A stretch of 61,200 bases of DNA, the filler included, from Kipferlia bialata (Eukaryota), in NCBI GenBank assembly GCA_003568945.1. It is 4 parts of 4 records of this genome, joined end to end, with 100 filler letters (N's around TTAATTAATTAA, not from the genome) between each part and the next. Parts side by side here need not be neighbours in the genome. Positions count along the whole stretch, not along the records: positions 22,018 to 43,901 come from BDIP01000312.1; positions 44,002 to 59,651 come from BDIP01000382.1; 2 more parts are not named here. One strand, written 5' to 3'. The notes under the pieces are model-generated. The model was not told where the DNA came from and did no database searches. It was given only the letters and a program-made list of their open reading frames with translations. A program made the translations under genes and the position numbers. Position 1 is the stretch's first letter. The number at the start of each line of letters is the position of its first letter. This document shows positions 39,401 through 53,300 of this stretch, one piece after another.

Positions 39401-42135
39401 AACGAGTCAGTGCCTGATGTCCTGGCCTCTGGGGCCACACCCCCAATGGAGGGCAAGGAGTTCACCAAGGCAAGGCCTGACATACATATACATGGATATA
39501 TATATTTGTGTATGTGTACATGTATGTAAAATAATGACTAACCAGTCAGGCAGTGATGGACGCCAGGTGCGACGGTGCCAGTGGTGACCCTCTTCGCCTG
39601 GTTGAGCTGTCTGGAAATGTGTGCGAGTTCTGGGACCGGGCTGGAGCCAAGTGAGTGACATTTAGATTCCTGTGTATACCATTGGTGCATATAGATTAGG
39701 ATTCGGTTGTGAATCTGACCCCAGGTACCCACTGACCCTATGCGTCACATGCATCAACCCCAAACCAGGTAGTGCCATATGTACATGTTGTAATGCCTCC
39801 TCATATCACTTACTGTCCATCTCCCAGCATCCACTACCTGTGCAACTTGTCTATATGCCCTCTGATTCCCAGGCGATGCTCTGCGGCAGGCAGAGTTTGT
39901 CAACGTTGGCCTTGGCCTCGAGAACATCAAGAGAGAGTACCCCGAGGACCAAGGCTACAACCTGAAGTCACGTCACATCCTGGAGGTCTTTGACCGCCTC
40001 TTCATACCCATCAGCTCCAAGAAGTACACGAGTATGCGCTACGGTAGTGGACCGACTAAAATGGCCGTTGGTGAGGAGTACCGTAGGGCCACTTTCGATA
40101 AGCTCCGCAACAGGATGAGGGGGAAGGCCAGACAAGCCTTCCCACTTGTGAAGGTAAGTGATGTGTTGATGGGAGAGGAAGGGGGTTACGTTATGGACAT
40201 GTATACTCTTATACGATATAGTAATTGTCTATGAATTCAATGATCTATACACAGTATAAGTTTCGAGCATCCTGCCATTGTCGTACCCAATATTTGTAGC
40301 AGAGTTTGGTCACGCATTCACTTCAGGACAGGAAAGCTTGTACTGTCGAGTTCCTCAACCATCTCAACTATACTGTGGCCACAGCCGTAGAGGGGTACGT
40401 GCATACATCATACACTTTACGTACACACACACACGTATATATTGGTATATTTATGTATTGCCGTATACACCGACAAACACCGACGTAATTACAGCCTGTA
40501 ATTTACAGGATCCAAGCACACCATCAATGTTGTTGATATCAATATATATCAATGAGTAGCGTCACACTATTATGGTATTGGGCTGCTGAGTATATATCAT
40601 ATATACTATACAGCTGAGTAAATACAAATATACTGTAAATATGACTTTAGACTCTGCTTCACCTCAGTGTCCAACGAGGCCAAGGAGAGGGCCCTAGGCG
40701 CCAGTACCTGATCACGGCAGCGGTATGTATCACTTATGGGATATGTCTTCAATTCGTAATATCAATCGGGTAGCATTCGGGTTTCTCACTGCTAGCGCCT
40801 CGACTCCAAGTACGACGACCCTCACACACTCAGAGTGACTCTTCTTCCCAGCCAGGACGGCCACCCAGTCGTAGGTATGGATATACATTTTACATATATA
40901 TATATATACACTGCCGTATAGTAGGTATGGATATAAATGTAGATATATATAGATATAAATGTATATATATGAATACTACCCAGTAGGTCTGGCACACTCT
41001 ATAGTATATTAGTAGGTGTGGTACCATCAGTAGAAAGGTCGAGTTCTCAACTCTACTGTGTGTTTTGATGAAGTGTATACTCTTGTACGTCTGTGTAAAT
41101 ATCATGCATACTCCTCTCATAATGCTCACTCAGGCTTCTTTTCGGAGGACTACTGTGTCACACTCAGGCCACCAACAGGGTAAGGGACTCAGCACAGTCC
41201 TCCCTCAGATATACAGTTTCACATATCAGCTCACTTTCACACATATATTTATACAACAATTATCACATGTATATATATATATGTGTATATGTACATATAC
41301 ATATATCATGGAAGACTTGAGGCACTAACCCCCCGGCACCCAGGAGTCACAGCACCTGAGGGAGAGACACACGGAGAGACCTACCCAGACCTCCCAGCCG
41401 GCGCCGCATCCTACTGCGCACTCTCTCAACTCCTCGAGACTACCTCTTCTCGTAGTAGGACAATACTATACCAACTGTCCATGTATGCATGATTCCACAG
41501 ACAGCGTATATCCTTGCTACCAAACACATTCTTCTCTGATTCTTCTCTATGTTACAAGTTCCTCCCAGTGCGTCTCACTTTGTATCCCTACACGCTTCGT
41601 CTCACACTAGGGTACTAGAGCACTTGCAGCAGCCCCAGTACAGGGCCGCATACCCAGGTACTGTATTCATATATACTCAAAGATATGAATACAATAGTAT
41701 ACAATATACTACCGAATGGGTTATTGTGTGGCATTAGGTAGAGGAGTACAGTAGATATAGCGCCACTCTCTCTCTAACGCTAGGCCTATATGAGGCTCTC
41801 CGTGGCCTCTGCAGGGCACTTAGGGGGAGGTATGTACCAAGTCTGACATGTGCTATAGATTGTATACAGTATGTATATGGGAAGGACAGTGCATCACTGA
41901 CGTCAGGCTTCCTGCCAGCTTGGTCGTTGAGGGAGGCGCCAAGCTCATCTACGTCCTGCAGGTATGCCTTATACTAAGCTATGTATATGCTTTACATATA
42001 TTAGAGGAGCCTTCTCCACCAGATGTAGTTGATATGGTATGAATGAGACCAAGTATCACAGTGTTCTTAGTATGACTCACCACCAGTGTGCAGGACTCCC
42101 CCTGCAGGTCACTGAGACTAGTCCCTAAGGAGTAG
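26702..42135 (+). CDS. Large multi-exon hypothetical protein (possibly more than one gene) with globular ends and a long P/E/T/A-rich disordered middle
   Basis: N-terminal exons MGRGRPKNG..DVLHKNLILYNN, KDFEKLSTIKSLSFMLKWLKK and GWIHYIDMFFVPRRG. Low-complexity exons span 29470-38995. C-terminal exons LVELSGNVCEFWDR, RHILEVFDRLFIPISSKKY and EGGAKLIYVLQ..LVPKE* (TAG 42133-42135). No family recognised. Confidence 0.55.
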
Positions 42136-42281
42136 GACCTCTCTGTCAGCGGGATTTGCTAGCCAGGGAACATAGTAGTAGAGGTGCAGTTGAGACACAG
42201 CTTTAATAGATTAATCGATTATTCTTGTCGGCAGCTCTATTGTTCCAATGTCCAAGACTCCGTAGTCCACTTCCACAACAG

Positions 42282-43290
42282 TCATCTTGTCGATTTAGAA
42301 CTGAGTACAGTACAGTCCCAATCGACAAGACACTCCACTAGAGTTGTGAGATAGTATATCTGCGCTGGATGGAGTTGCGTACTGTGGAATACATCCACAT
42401 CATCATTGTCAAAGATAGCCAGCGAATATCGTTCAACATGCGCCGCTGGCACCTGCTTTCCATGATTGGTACCTTGGAATGTACACATCGTACTCGTCTA
42501 GGCAACAGTCCAGGGGGTCCTCGATGTAGTTGGCTACTGTCTCTCGGAGAGACTGTCTCCCATTTGTTGGATATCCCGGTGATGTTACAATACTCTGCTG
42601 TGAAACGCCATCTCCTTCACTTCTCTCTCTCTCACCATCCTCAGTGCCACTCATAAGTCACCACGTACAATCCACAGACAGCATGCGCTGTGTTTATACT
42701 GTATCTGATTCTATTGACAGAGCTGTCGTGTCAGAAGAAACTGCTACTTGTACTGTGCGACCATGTGCTGGTCTTCTCCAATATTGTACTCGCAAAGATC
42801 TTAAGAGTCTCATTGACACAGATAGCGTTGGTCAAGGGACCTTTCCACAATACAGGTCTCCGCCACCGGAAGAGTGTTTGGCCTATTGCTATATGACTGT
42901 ATGAGCATGTGTCACTCACACCTTGTCTATGCCCAGTGTCGCTCTCCAGTCCTTGTCCCACTCCAGTACGCGCCCCCATCCCATGTCCTCACTGGGGTAG
43001 AGCAGAGACTCGTTCAGAGTGACAAGTCTGACATGCAGAAGGCCATTCTCCTCATCCAGTACTGGAGATACGTCAATGCAGAGCATTGTGTTGTCCAACA
43101 ACTGTACAGACTCTGAGGGGTACTGATTCCACAATATCTGATGGTCACCAATTCTGACCAGGTCTCCACTAATGGTATCATAGAGATGGATACCGGAGTC
43201 GCATGCAAAGAAAAACAGACGGCCAAACCCCTTCCATCAGGTGATATTCCACAAGATCTACACTTGTTGTAGAATATATACTAGATGTAA
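42282..43290 (-). pseudogene. Possibly decayed Kelch-like segments
   Basis: IEDPLDCCLDEYDVYIPR (~42470-42525) resembles IRDPLSCCLEGHFVFILR of the upstream ORF. Frames are broken by a stop (42731) and an apparent frameshift (~42440-42480). Unrecognised introns cannot be excluded. Confidence 0.35.
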
Positions 43291-43299
43291 GAGATACTA

Positions 43300-43901
43300 C
43301 ACCTCAACCACTCAGTGAGGATTGAAGAGACCTACATTGCGGGTGATGTGTACCTGTATGAGATTGAGCACGAGCACATACGAGACAGTAGGGATCAAAA
43401 TAGTGTACTGTAATGTTCAACAGCAGACAGTAGCATATACCTGCACAAAGCAGACATATCCTAGTGGGCTAGGCATGTTGTCCAGCTGCGTCCAACTATG
43501 TGTCAGTGAGTATGTCCAGTGCTCTGTCCGATCCACTTTCTCCAGAAAGACATGGAGGGTGTCCTCCACTACTGTGTATGGAGACTCGTGTGGATGGATA
43601 ATCTCAGGGGGGATGCTGCTATCCCTTGTGAACACATCTGCAGCTGGATCGTAGAGATATACACCTCTGCGGTCTGTGTGTCGATTCTCTACCCTCAGTA
43701 TGAACACAAAGTGCCCTTCTAGGCAGCAGGAGAGGGGGTCCCGAATACAGCTGTCTCCATGTACTAAAACGGGAGGGGGTTGACACGCCCCTTGTCCATA
43801 GTCTCTTATGAACTGGGTAGACCTCTCCCTACTGTGCCTAGGTGGGGTAAGAGGGTCAGTGATGTCTTCTACTATCACACCATGCCTGCGCTGTCCATAG
43901 A
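43300..43901 (-). CDS. Kelch/galactose-oxidase-type beta-propeller protein, 5' partial
   Basis: GVYLYDPAADVFTRDSSIP..PYTVVEDTLHVF..HWTYSLTHSWTQLDNMPSP matches the Kelch blade pattern (YDP..W, TVVxDTLxVF). Confidence 0.6.
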
Positions 43902-44001
43902 NNNNNNNNNNNNNNNNNNNNNNNNNNNNNNNNNNNNNNNNNNNNTTAATTAATTAANNNNNNNNNNNNNNNNNNNNNNNNNNNNNNNNNNNNNNNNNNN
44001 N
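43902..44001. other. Artificial contig linker
   Basis: N block with TTAATTAATTAA. Confidence 0.97.
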
Positions 44002-44202
44002 TCCCCCTCGTATCCCTACGCACCCCGCTCCTCATTCTTTCTCTCCCCCCCCCCCCCTCTCTACCTCAACCTAGGCACCACTCTCTAGAATTACATTTCT
44101 CTCTCTCTCTTACCCCTAACCTATAGGCACCACTCCCTTCATGTATATGTGTCCCCCCACTCCCCATTTCTCACCCTAGGCACCACTCTCTTCATTGTAT
44201 CG

Positions 44203-44235
<33 letters not shown>

Positions 44236-44252
44236 CACTAGGCACCACTCTC

Positions 44253-44296
<44 letters not shown>

Positions 44297-44367
44297 CTTT
44301 CACTCTAGGCACCACTCTCTTCATTCTCTCTCTCTCTCTCTATCTCTCTCTCTACCTCTCACTCTAG

Positions 44368-47300
44368 GGACAACTCTCTTCATTGTTGGCAACGCCCATG
44401 GCCTGGCACCCACACCCGTCCGTGGCAACACCCTCCCATACGTCAACATATCAGGCACTGGATTGACCAATACCCAGGTACTTATTCAATTATATGTATA
44501 TTCAATTATATATGTTCAATTATACCCCCCCCCCCCAAACATCATATCTCTCTATATATATTGCTGTGTTTTGCCCCCCCACGATCAGACTGGTACTTAC
44601 CCCTAGATCAATGAGACGGTGTCCAAGGTGTATCCCTCTCTCTCTCTCTCTCTCTGCCTCTATATAGATGTGTATATACTTGTGTGTACGCATGCTGACC
44701 CCTAGATCACTGGTAGGGTCTCCAAGGTGCAGGGCCCCATCAATGCAGTGGTCATATACAAGGTATGAAGTCTATATTGCTATATACTCTATTGATGCCA
44801 TGTTTCATATATATGATTTGATAGCGAGATATCGATCTAAGGGCCTCCTCAATGTTGTGATCATAACCAAGGGACCCTATGAGAGTCGATAATATATCCA
44901 ACTTATCTAGCATTATGTATCCTTCAGTTTCTCTCCCTCTCTCTTGAGGATTCCCCACCATCCACTCTCCTGATGTTCAGGCTCTCTCTCTCTCACTGTC
45001 TCTCACTCCCTCACTCTCTCATACCCAGGTCGTGCCCATCAAGAAGTTCTACGCCAAGTTCAAGGTAGGGGTGCATATTGAATTTCTTATTCATTCCTTA
45101 CTGTCTATCCCGCAACTATACTTGTGTATTGACCCTCAGGGCGTCATGTCTGCCATCCTCTATATCAGTAATATTCACAGTAATACGAAGTAAGACTGAT
45201 ACACTACACACTGTATACTGTCTACTGACCCCCAGGGTGTCATGTCTGCCATCCTAGCTGCCCCAGGTCTGGTCAAGGAGCAGATCCCAGTCATGCTGTA
45301 CGACGTCCCTGGCAACATGAACCTGGGCAGAATGATCAATGAGTGGCAGGGGGCAAGTGGCAAGGTATATTAGTGATATGGATACATGTATATATATATA
45401 CATATGACGTTAGTGATACTATATATATATAAATCTTATATACCTGGTCAGAATGGTCAATGAGTGGCAAGGCACGGTAGTAATACTATATATATATATT
45501 TCTTATATAACTTGGCAGAATGATCAGTGAGTGGCAGGGGGCAACTGGCAAGGTTTGTAACAATTACTATATATATTTATACAGTCATATACACATATAT
45601 ACATACATATATATATAGTCATTAAATACAAATATATATATATTTTGTCATGTATATATATGTATATAATCCTGTTGTAGCATGCTGAGGGTGCGGGTAG
45701 CAATGTACACAAGTTATCCAGAGTGACAGGGAGCAGAAGCAGGATATACATACTACTTACATACATGTATTGATTGGTATTTATATGTGTATTTGCCATG
45801 TGTCTCTAACCTCAGTCCAAGGCAGCACCCAAGGCAGCATCTAAGGCCAAGGTACGGATCTTGCACCCTAAAATCCATTCTAATTGTAGTATATAGTATC
45901 ACACTGTATTCCTATTTTCAATTTCACTTGTGTTATAATAGAGTGTTACACTCATGCCAAGGCTGCCCCCAAGAAGGCCAAGGAACCAATATTACAATGT
46001 GTTATACACTCTACATACTATACTATATGATACCAGATATATTTATAGTATAATGATACCAAATGTATTTGTAGTAGTAGTATAACCCAGGCCAAGCCTA
46101 CCCCCAAGAAGGCCAAGCCTGTGCCAAAGCCTGTCCAGAAGAACCCCGACTACCACCACCTTGCTGCCGCCCCCGGTGACAAGCTCATGGCTGAGATCAG
46201 GTACATTATTATATATGTATATATATACGTATATATATATAAATATTTTGTATTTATATAAGTATCAATGAGTAAGACACATGCCTAGTGACAAGCTCAT
46301 GGCGGAGATCAGGTATATACGTGTATATATATATATCAATGAAGACAGACTACCACAAATGCCTAGTCACAAGCTCATGGCAGAGATCAGGTACATTCTT
46401 ATATACGTATATATACATAAATGAGTGATGTGGATGTCTGACACCAGACAGTGCCTGTCTGACGTTATCGTGTCCATTAGATACATTCTCTATTCTATAC
46501 TAGTCATTTACCTCTAGGGAGTACCTCTCCTCCGTGTCTGAGGATATATATATATATATATCTAGAATCAATTACTGATGTGTTAATCTAACCCCAGACA
46601 GTACTTGGCTGACGGCACTGTGTCTGAGAATATATTTATGTATCGAGAATCAATTACTGATGTGTTAATCTAACCCTAGGCAGTACCTCACCGACGGCAC
46701 TGTGTCTGAGGATGCAATGTATATATATATATATTGTCAGTGAGTCATGTATGTTAAGCTGACCCTAGGCAGTACCTCACCGACGGCACTGTGTCTGAGG
46801 ATGCCACCCCAGGCACCACTCTCATTGTCACAAGGAATGTGGCAGCACTCCCAGAGTCCTGTAAGGCATTCAGTCGCCGCTCAGGTATTGTGCCAGCTCT
46901 CGAATATACTCGCCTTAGTTTCATTAACAAACCTGCATGCTTGTACTGACACAAGTTACTATCCTTACCCATCCCCTCCATTCTCCATATTTACATATAT
47001 GTATTCTTTTCACTAACACAGAACCCTTTGCATACCTCTCCAACACTTCTTCTCTCTCTCTATATATATAAATACATACCCTCACCCAGGTCCCTTTTGC
47101 CACCTGACCATCCCCCCTGGCATTTTCACTGACAGAGGGCACCAGTTCGGCACAGAGCTATACAAGGTATACATATGTGGGGATGTACTGTTACTGACAG
47201 TGAGTTGTGCCTACTTTCTACAAATATTCTGTTACCATCTCTTATCCCAGGCCGTGACCAAGCTGGACTGCAACGCCGTGGTCTTCAAGGGTGGTCTCAC

Positions 47301-50300
47301 TCATGACGAGCTGAACAACAACCACGTGCTGAGGAACCTTGCCGGTGCCGTGATGAACGGTGTCATGCGGGGTGTCAACGGTGTGAGGGGTATCTGGAAG
47401 CTGCCTGTGGAGCTCTACTGGCCATCAAAGTCTGAGGCAGACACTAAGGTATAGAAGATGTGTTTTTCCTCAATACGTATATATGTGCTTGTGTCTCTAG
47501 ATGCTCCACTGGCCATTTAATTCTGAGGTAGAGACCAAGATAGTATAGAAATGAGGGCATCTACACCTATATTAGTTCTGTGTTGCACTTTTCTATGTGG
47601 TATAATAGTACAGTTGCATTGTTAATATCCTCTCTTACCCTCAGAGGTACCTGTACTACTTCGAGCGTGCATGTGATAACGCTGTCAAGATCCACAGGGA
47701 GGACAAGCAGAGAGCAGAGAGAGAGAGAGCAGAGAAGGAGAGACAGGACAGGGAGAGAGAGAAGAAGGAGAGGAGACTGCAGGAGGAGAAGGAGAATGAG
47801 GAGAAGCTGGTTGCCACCCTGCCTGACCCCACCACTATACAGTGGACACATGGGGGGGAGGATGTGCGTCTGGCAGGTGTGTATATTGGCTTACTCCCCT
47901 GTGCATATATGCATCCATTAATACATATATATAGGATGTACGCCTGTATAGTATGAGTCATACTTGATACATAACATATATATATCAAGTGTCTAACCCC
48001 CCAGGTGGGTTCAACCAGTGGAGTCCCGAGGGACTGGCCATGGAGAGGGAGGAGGGGGGGTACAACTGGTGAGTGTATGAGTTCTTTGTTATGTCAAAGC
48101 CACTATCCCTCACCCCAGTTCTCTGTTACTCGCTCTCTCTCCCTCACCCCAGGTCTGTGTCCGTGCCTCTCCCCCCTGGCAGGCACCTCTACAAGTACAT
48201 AGTGGACACGGTCTGGAGGTACATTGGCTCACTCCCCCCCCCCCATCCCGTCACACTCTCCTCTTCATATATGTGAAATATGTAACCTCACCCCAGACAT
48301 GCCCCTTTCCAGCTGTCTGTAACAAATCCCACCTATCTCTCTCTTTCTCTCCGTCTCTCTCTCTCTCTTCTTACATTAACCTGTATCCATCTATCTAACT
48401 CCAGACATGCCCCTGCCCAGCTTACTGATTACTAATACTCTCTCCCTCTCTTTCTCTCTCTGTATATATATATGTATACATATATGCATTCCTTATCATA
48501 GGCATGCCCCTGACCAGCTGACCGTGACTGATGACGATGGCAATGTCAACAACTACGTGGATGTGCAGGCCGGACAGCCAGTCTCGGAGAGACAGGTACA
48601 TTATGTGCACAATTAGGCCTAGTTATATTCCGGGCAGGGCTGGCTGTTTACCAGTATATCTGGACCGTAGATTCAAAGTACTCCTTTGATTCTATCTTGT
48701 ATATTCTAGTTACCCCCACCCCAAGTCATACCTCACCCCCTAGGTCCTTGCTGAGACGATTGACTCCATCGTCATTGTGCTCCTCGGTGCCACATACCAC
48801 TTCCCACAGACAGAGGCAGAGGACATAGCATGCAAGGTGCGATGAGTATGCATATACACTCATATATAATCTCATGTGACACATGGTAACTTGTCACACT
48901 ACTATCTAACCCTCCAGATTGTGGACATGGCCTTTGACCTACCCATCTCTGAGCTGAGGGCACTGTCCTCGGACTCAGGGTGGGGTGTTTGTAGTGTGTC
49001 GGTGTAGTATACACTGCATGACACATATAGTGTATATATAATATCATGTAGAGATACTTCATAATCTTCTCTCACATCAGGCTGATAGTGCAGCACATCG
49101 AGGCTGGACTCAGAGAGTTACACATCACTCCACCCTCTGCCAACCAGGATACTACACCCAAGGCCAGAGTGGAGACAGATGGGGCATTCAGCCTGTTCGG
49201 GGGACAGTCTGTGTGTGTGTCAAGGGGGGACGCTCAGGTGCACTATTTTTTTCTCTCTCTCTCTCTGAATACTTGTACACTAGCATTCATGAGTGCCCAC
49301 CCACCCCAGTATGCCCTTGTGCAGCTCATGCCACTACCCTATATATATACGCTATATATACTCTCTTTACCATATATATACATACATCTAGTATCCATGC
49401 CCACTTCAGTATGCCCTTGTGCAGCTCATGCTCTTACACCATATATATACTCTCTATATACTCTCTTTGTCATATATATACATACATCTAGTGTCCATGC
49501 CCACCCCAGTATGCCCTTGTGCAGCTCATGCTCTAACACCCTGTGTATACTCTATATATTTCTACTCTACTTGCCGTATTACATATGTATTAGCAATATT
49601 CTACTGCCCCCCCCCCCACCCCAGTATGCCCTTGTGCAGCTCATGCACTGCAAGACACCCCCCTCATGCACAAGTGTCCTGGTCGTCAGAGACGTCGGGC
49701 AGGTGGGTGTCAGTTTTATGTGAATGAATATATTTATGTCATAATATATATATATATATATATCCATTAGATTACTGTATAGAGGTATCTGTATGTCACC
49801 CTCTCACCCCTAGATCTCCATCGAGCAGGACAGCTCTCTCAGAGTGAGGTCCGGCAATGCACTGGATCTACTCGATGCAGGTACAGTTGGGTTTCTAACA
49901 TCTATCCTTCACTTTCCATGGCTCTATACACCTATCAACACATAATTTGTACCATATGTGTGTGACCCTCACCCCAGACCCAGCCTCTGGCCCCAAGTGC
50001 CACATTGCATACATATCGGGAGGGGAGCTCACCAAGGACAACCTCTGCAGGTTGGGTATATATATATTGATTAACTAGACAGGCCTAGGACTCATTGAAA
50101 TATAGTAGAATACCCAGTCTCTCACTACAAAGGTACTCCCGAGCCCTTGAGGACGTCTCTGTCCTAGTAGCACCCATGACAGTGCAGACAAGGATAGCCA
50201 GGGTGCTCTCTAGGGCTAGGGTACGTAAGCAGCACCTATCACATATCATATATTATATATAATTATATATACATTAATGGACGACCCACTTACTCTCTCT

Positions 50301-53300
50301 CTCTCATCCCTCAGCTTGACAACTTCCAGCTGGTACTGACCGGGGACGACGCCAGACTGGCAGACCCCACTGAGGTATAATCTTGCAGTTCCGACAGTAC
50401 TAATTATACTGGGTATCATATGGTTTATGCATAGTCTATACTTCTTATCACCAGGTCTCAGGTGCCCTCTCTGCCTGGCTGTCTGCCCTACCTTCTATAC
50501 TAGATATATGTGCATATACTGTTTCTGACATACACTATATATAATCTGTACACTTAACATCAGGTCTCTGGTGCCCTCTCTGCCTGGCTGTCTGCCCTAC
50601 CCATAAAATATGTATAGTATATATACAACATGTAGTATATATTCACTAAACATCAGGTCTCAGGTGCCCTCTCTGCCTGGCTGTCTGCCCTACCTTCTAT
50701 ACTACATATACATGAATTAGATACTGTATCTGACACTCACTCTATAGAATCTATACACTAAACATCAGGTCTCAGGTGCCCTCTCTGCCTGGCTGTCTGC
50801 CCTCCATTTAGCAGAGGGTGCCACACAGGCTGAGGTCGACATGCCGCTTCCGGCACAGTCCCATATCACTTTGCCAGAGGAGGTATTGTAGTCATGTAAA
50901 ATATGTATATCTACCTTGCATCTTTGAGGTATTAGTCATAATGTGTATTTGTGTATCAATCTGTATTCTCACTCTACTGTTCTAATTGTCAGCCCGTGCT
51001 GATCCATGGCTTGCCAGCAGTACCCTTCATCATTGACGATCCCACGGTATGTGTCGAAATTAACATGATATTTATATAAGATGGGAATTAGGAGTATATA
51101 TGACACGTGTCAACTCATGTATACATACACCTCCCTATTTTGTGAGTGATTCATCATAGACTCATAATTCAGGACATAGACCCAGAAGAGCTGTGTACCG
51201 ACGTACAATCCATCACAGACAGCCTGCCAAGGGAGCGGGTGTCAGGTATAGAGTGTGTACCAGTCACGTATATATCCGGACTACTCGACATTATGAGTGT
51301 ACTTCATTTCCTCTGTGGCATCTCGTCAGTACTTGTTTGTACCGCACTCTCACTCTCTCACTCTCAGAGTTTGAGGTTGTCTCTCGCCAAACCTTCCAAA
51401 ACAGGAACTTCTCGATAATATGCTACAGTACCTCTGTGTCAGTTTTTGAGTATGCCACTTCCAGACTCCCTTACCGCCAGGCTTTGAGGTTGTCTCTCAC
51501 ACATCGACAACTGCACTCACTGACGCTCTCAACACTGGAAAGGTGTGTCAATCATAACCGTGTTATGTTCAATAGTTCTTTTACTATAGACTCTGCAAAA
51601 CACACCTTCCTCTCGCCTTCCTATCAGCATATTGCTGGATTTGGTATTAGTAGTGAGTATCATCATATATGAGGACTGCTCTTCTCATAAACATAATATA
51701 TGTACTAGACCTGGTAAAATATCTCCTCTTTCCTTATTCTAGGCTGTACTGGTTGAGCAGGGTGACAACCCTGGAACCATCGCCAAGTGTCTATACCAGA
51801 GGTAAGGGTATCTGTCTCTCTCTCTCCATCCCTCTATGTCACACATACATATATATTGTTCTCTCCTCTAACATATACATAACTCTTTCGCTCCATTGCA
51901 GGAGAGTGAGTTTATCTTCCGTCTCTCGCTCTCCATTCATACGTGTATGTTTGTTGTCTAACCCCTAGGTACTCAGTTTCTCTCAATATGCTTTCCTACA
52001 TATGATTAGGGTCATACCCCAAGGTACTATACTTTCACTCTATCCGTCTGTATATAGTGTCCTTACCTCTAGGTACCAGGAGAGCAAGGGCTTTGGCTCC
52101 GCCACAGTTGTGTTCCTTGGTGGGAGACAGAATGCCAAGGCACCTGCAGGTAGTGATACTGATACTGATACTCGAACTCCTCATAGTATTTCTGATACTC
52201 ATACTCATTATCTTATACATAGTGATACACATATACTGATATACAGGGAAGGTGACCAGGTCAGAGAGAGGTGGGAGAGTGAGTAGGGGAGGCAGACCAC
52301 TACCCAATGGGCAGGGACCGGCACCTGCATTCAGACAGGTCGTCGAGGAGTTCACCAGGGTATGTGAATATGTACTCTCTACATACTATAATATAATACT
52401 ATTGGTATAGTAGTCGATACTGTATCTATACTTTGTTGCTGGACGTATCATTCTCACCTTTAGGAGTCTTGCATGCATGTCCGTGACCCCCAGTAGTATA
52501 TATACATTCATTGCATATCAGAGGTCTTGATTAAGGCAATACTCTTTTCAACTCTCACCTCTCAGGAGTCTGGTATGCCTGTCCGTGACCTCCACCACTC
52601 TCCTGGACCCCTTCTCTTGGGCGATCCATCGGTCAAGCCGGGCAAGGACTTCAGAACACAGCCCCAGGTATACATCCGGTAGTAGATTGTTAGCATATTA
52701 ATATATATTTATTATATCTCAATTCATGTGTTATTGAGTGAACCATGGGATGGGACTTCAGAACACAGCCCCAGGTATATATCGAGTTTCTAATCTGGAG
52801 CGAGTGTGTATATAATATCAGTACTCTAACCCCAGGATGTGGTTGTGCTCTTATATATATCATACATGTGTTAAATATCAATTGATTGACATCAGGATGT
52901 GACCGTGGTTGTGCTTGAGTTGGAGGCATTCCAGGACATGTCGACAAAGGTACACTATTATATACATTGTAACATTATATGTAATTAAATATGGTGGTGT
53001 ATATCCCTTCACACTCTTGCTTCAGTTGGAGGCATTCCAGGACATGTCAACAGAGGTATATATACACTATATATTATAGTGTCGTAGTTAATATCCCTTT
53101 TCACTCGTCAACTCTATGTATTGCTATCGTAACTATGTAATATGCGTCCTATAGCGTGTGACTTAATACTCTCTCTATTATACCACCTCACTCACTATAC
53201 TTCTACGCAGAGAGATACTGTCCCTGTTTTTAATTATTACCCTATTTTTGGGTCCAATGCTTGTGTATTTGTCTCGTAAAGGAGCATGAATTCTAGAAGT

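Noticed and set aside
49300..50810. Repeat-spacer arrays resembling CRISPR
   Set aside because: The repeats are splice site plus exon ends in a eukaryotic gene, the spacers are related intron sequence, and there are no cas genes.
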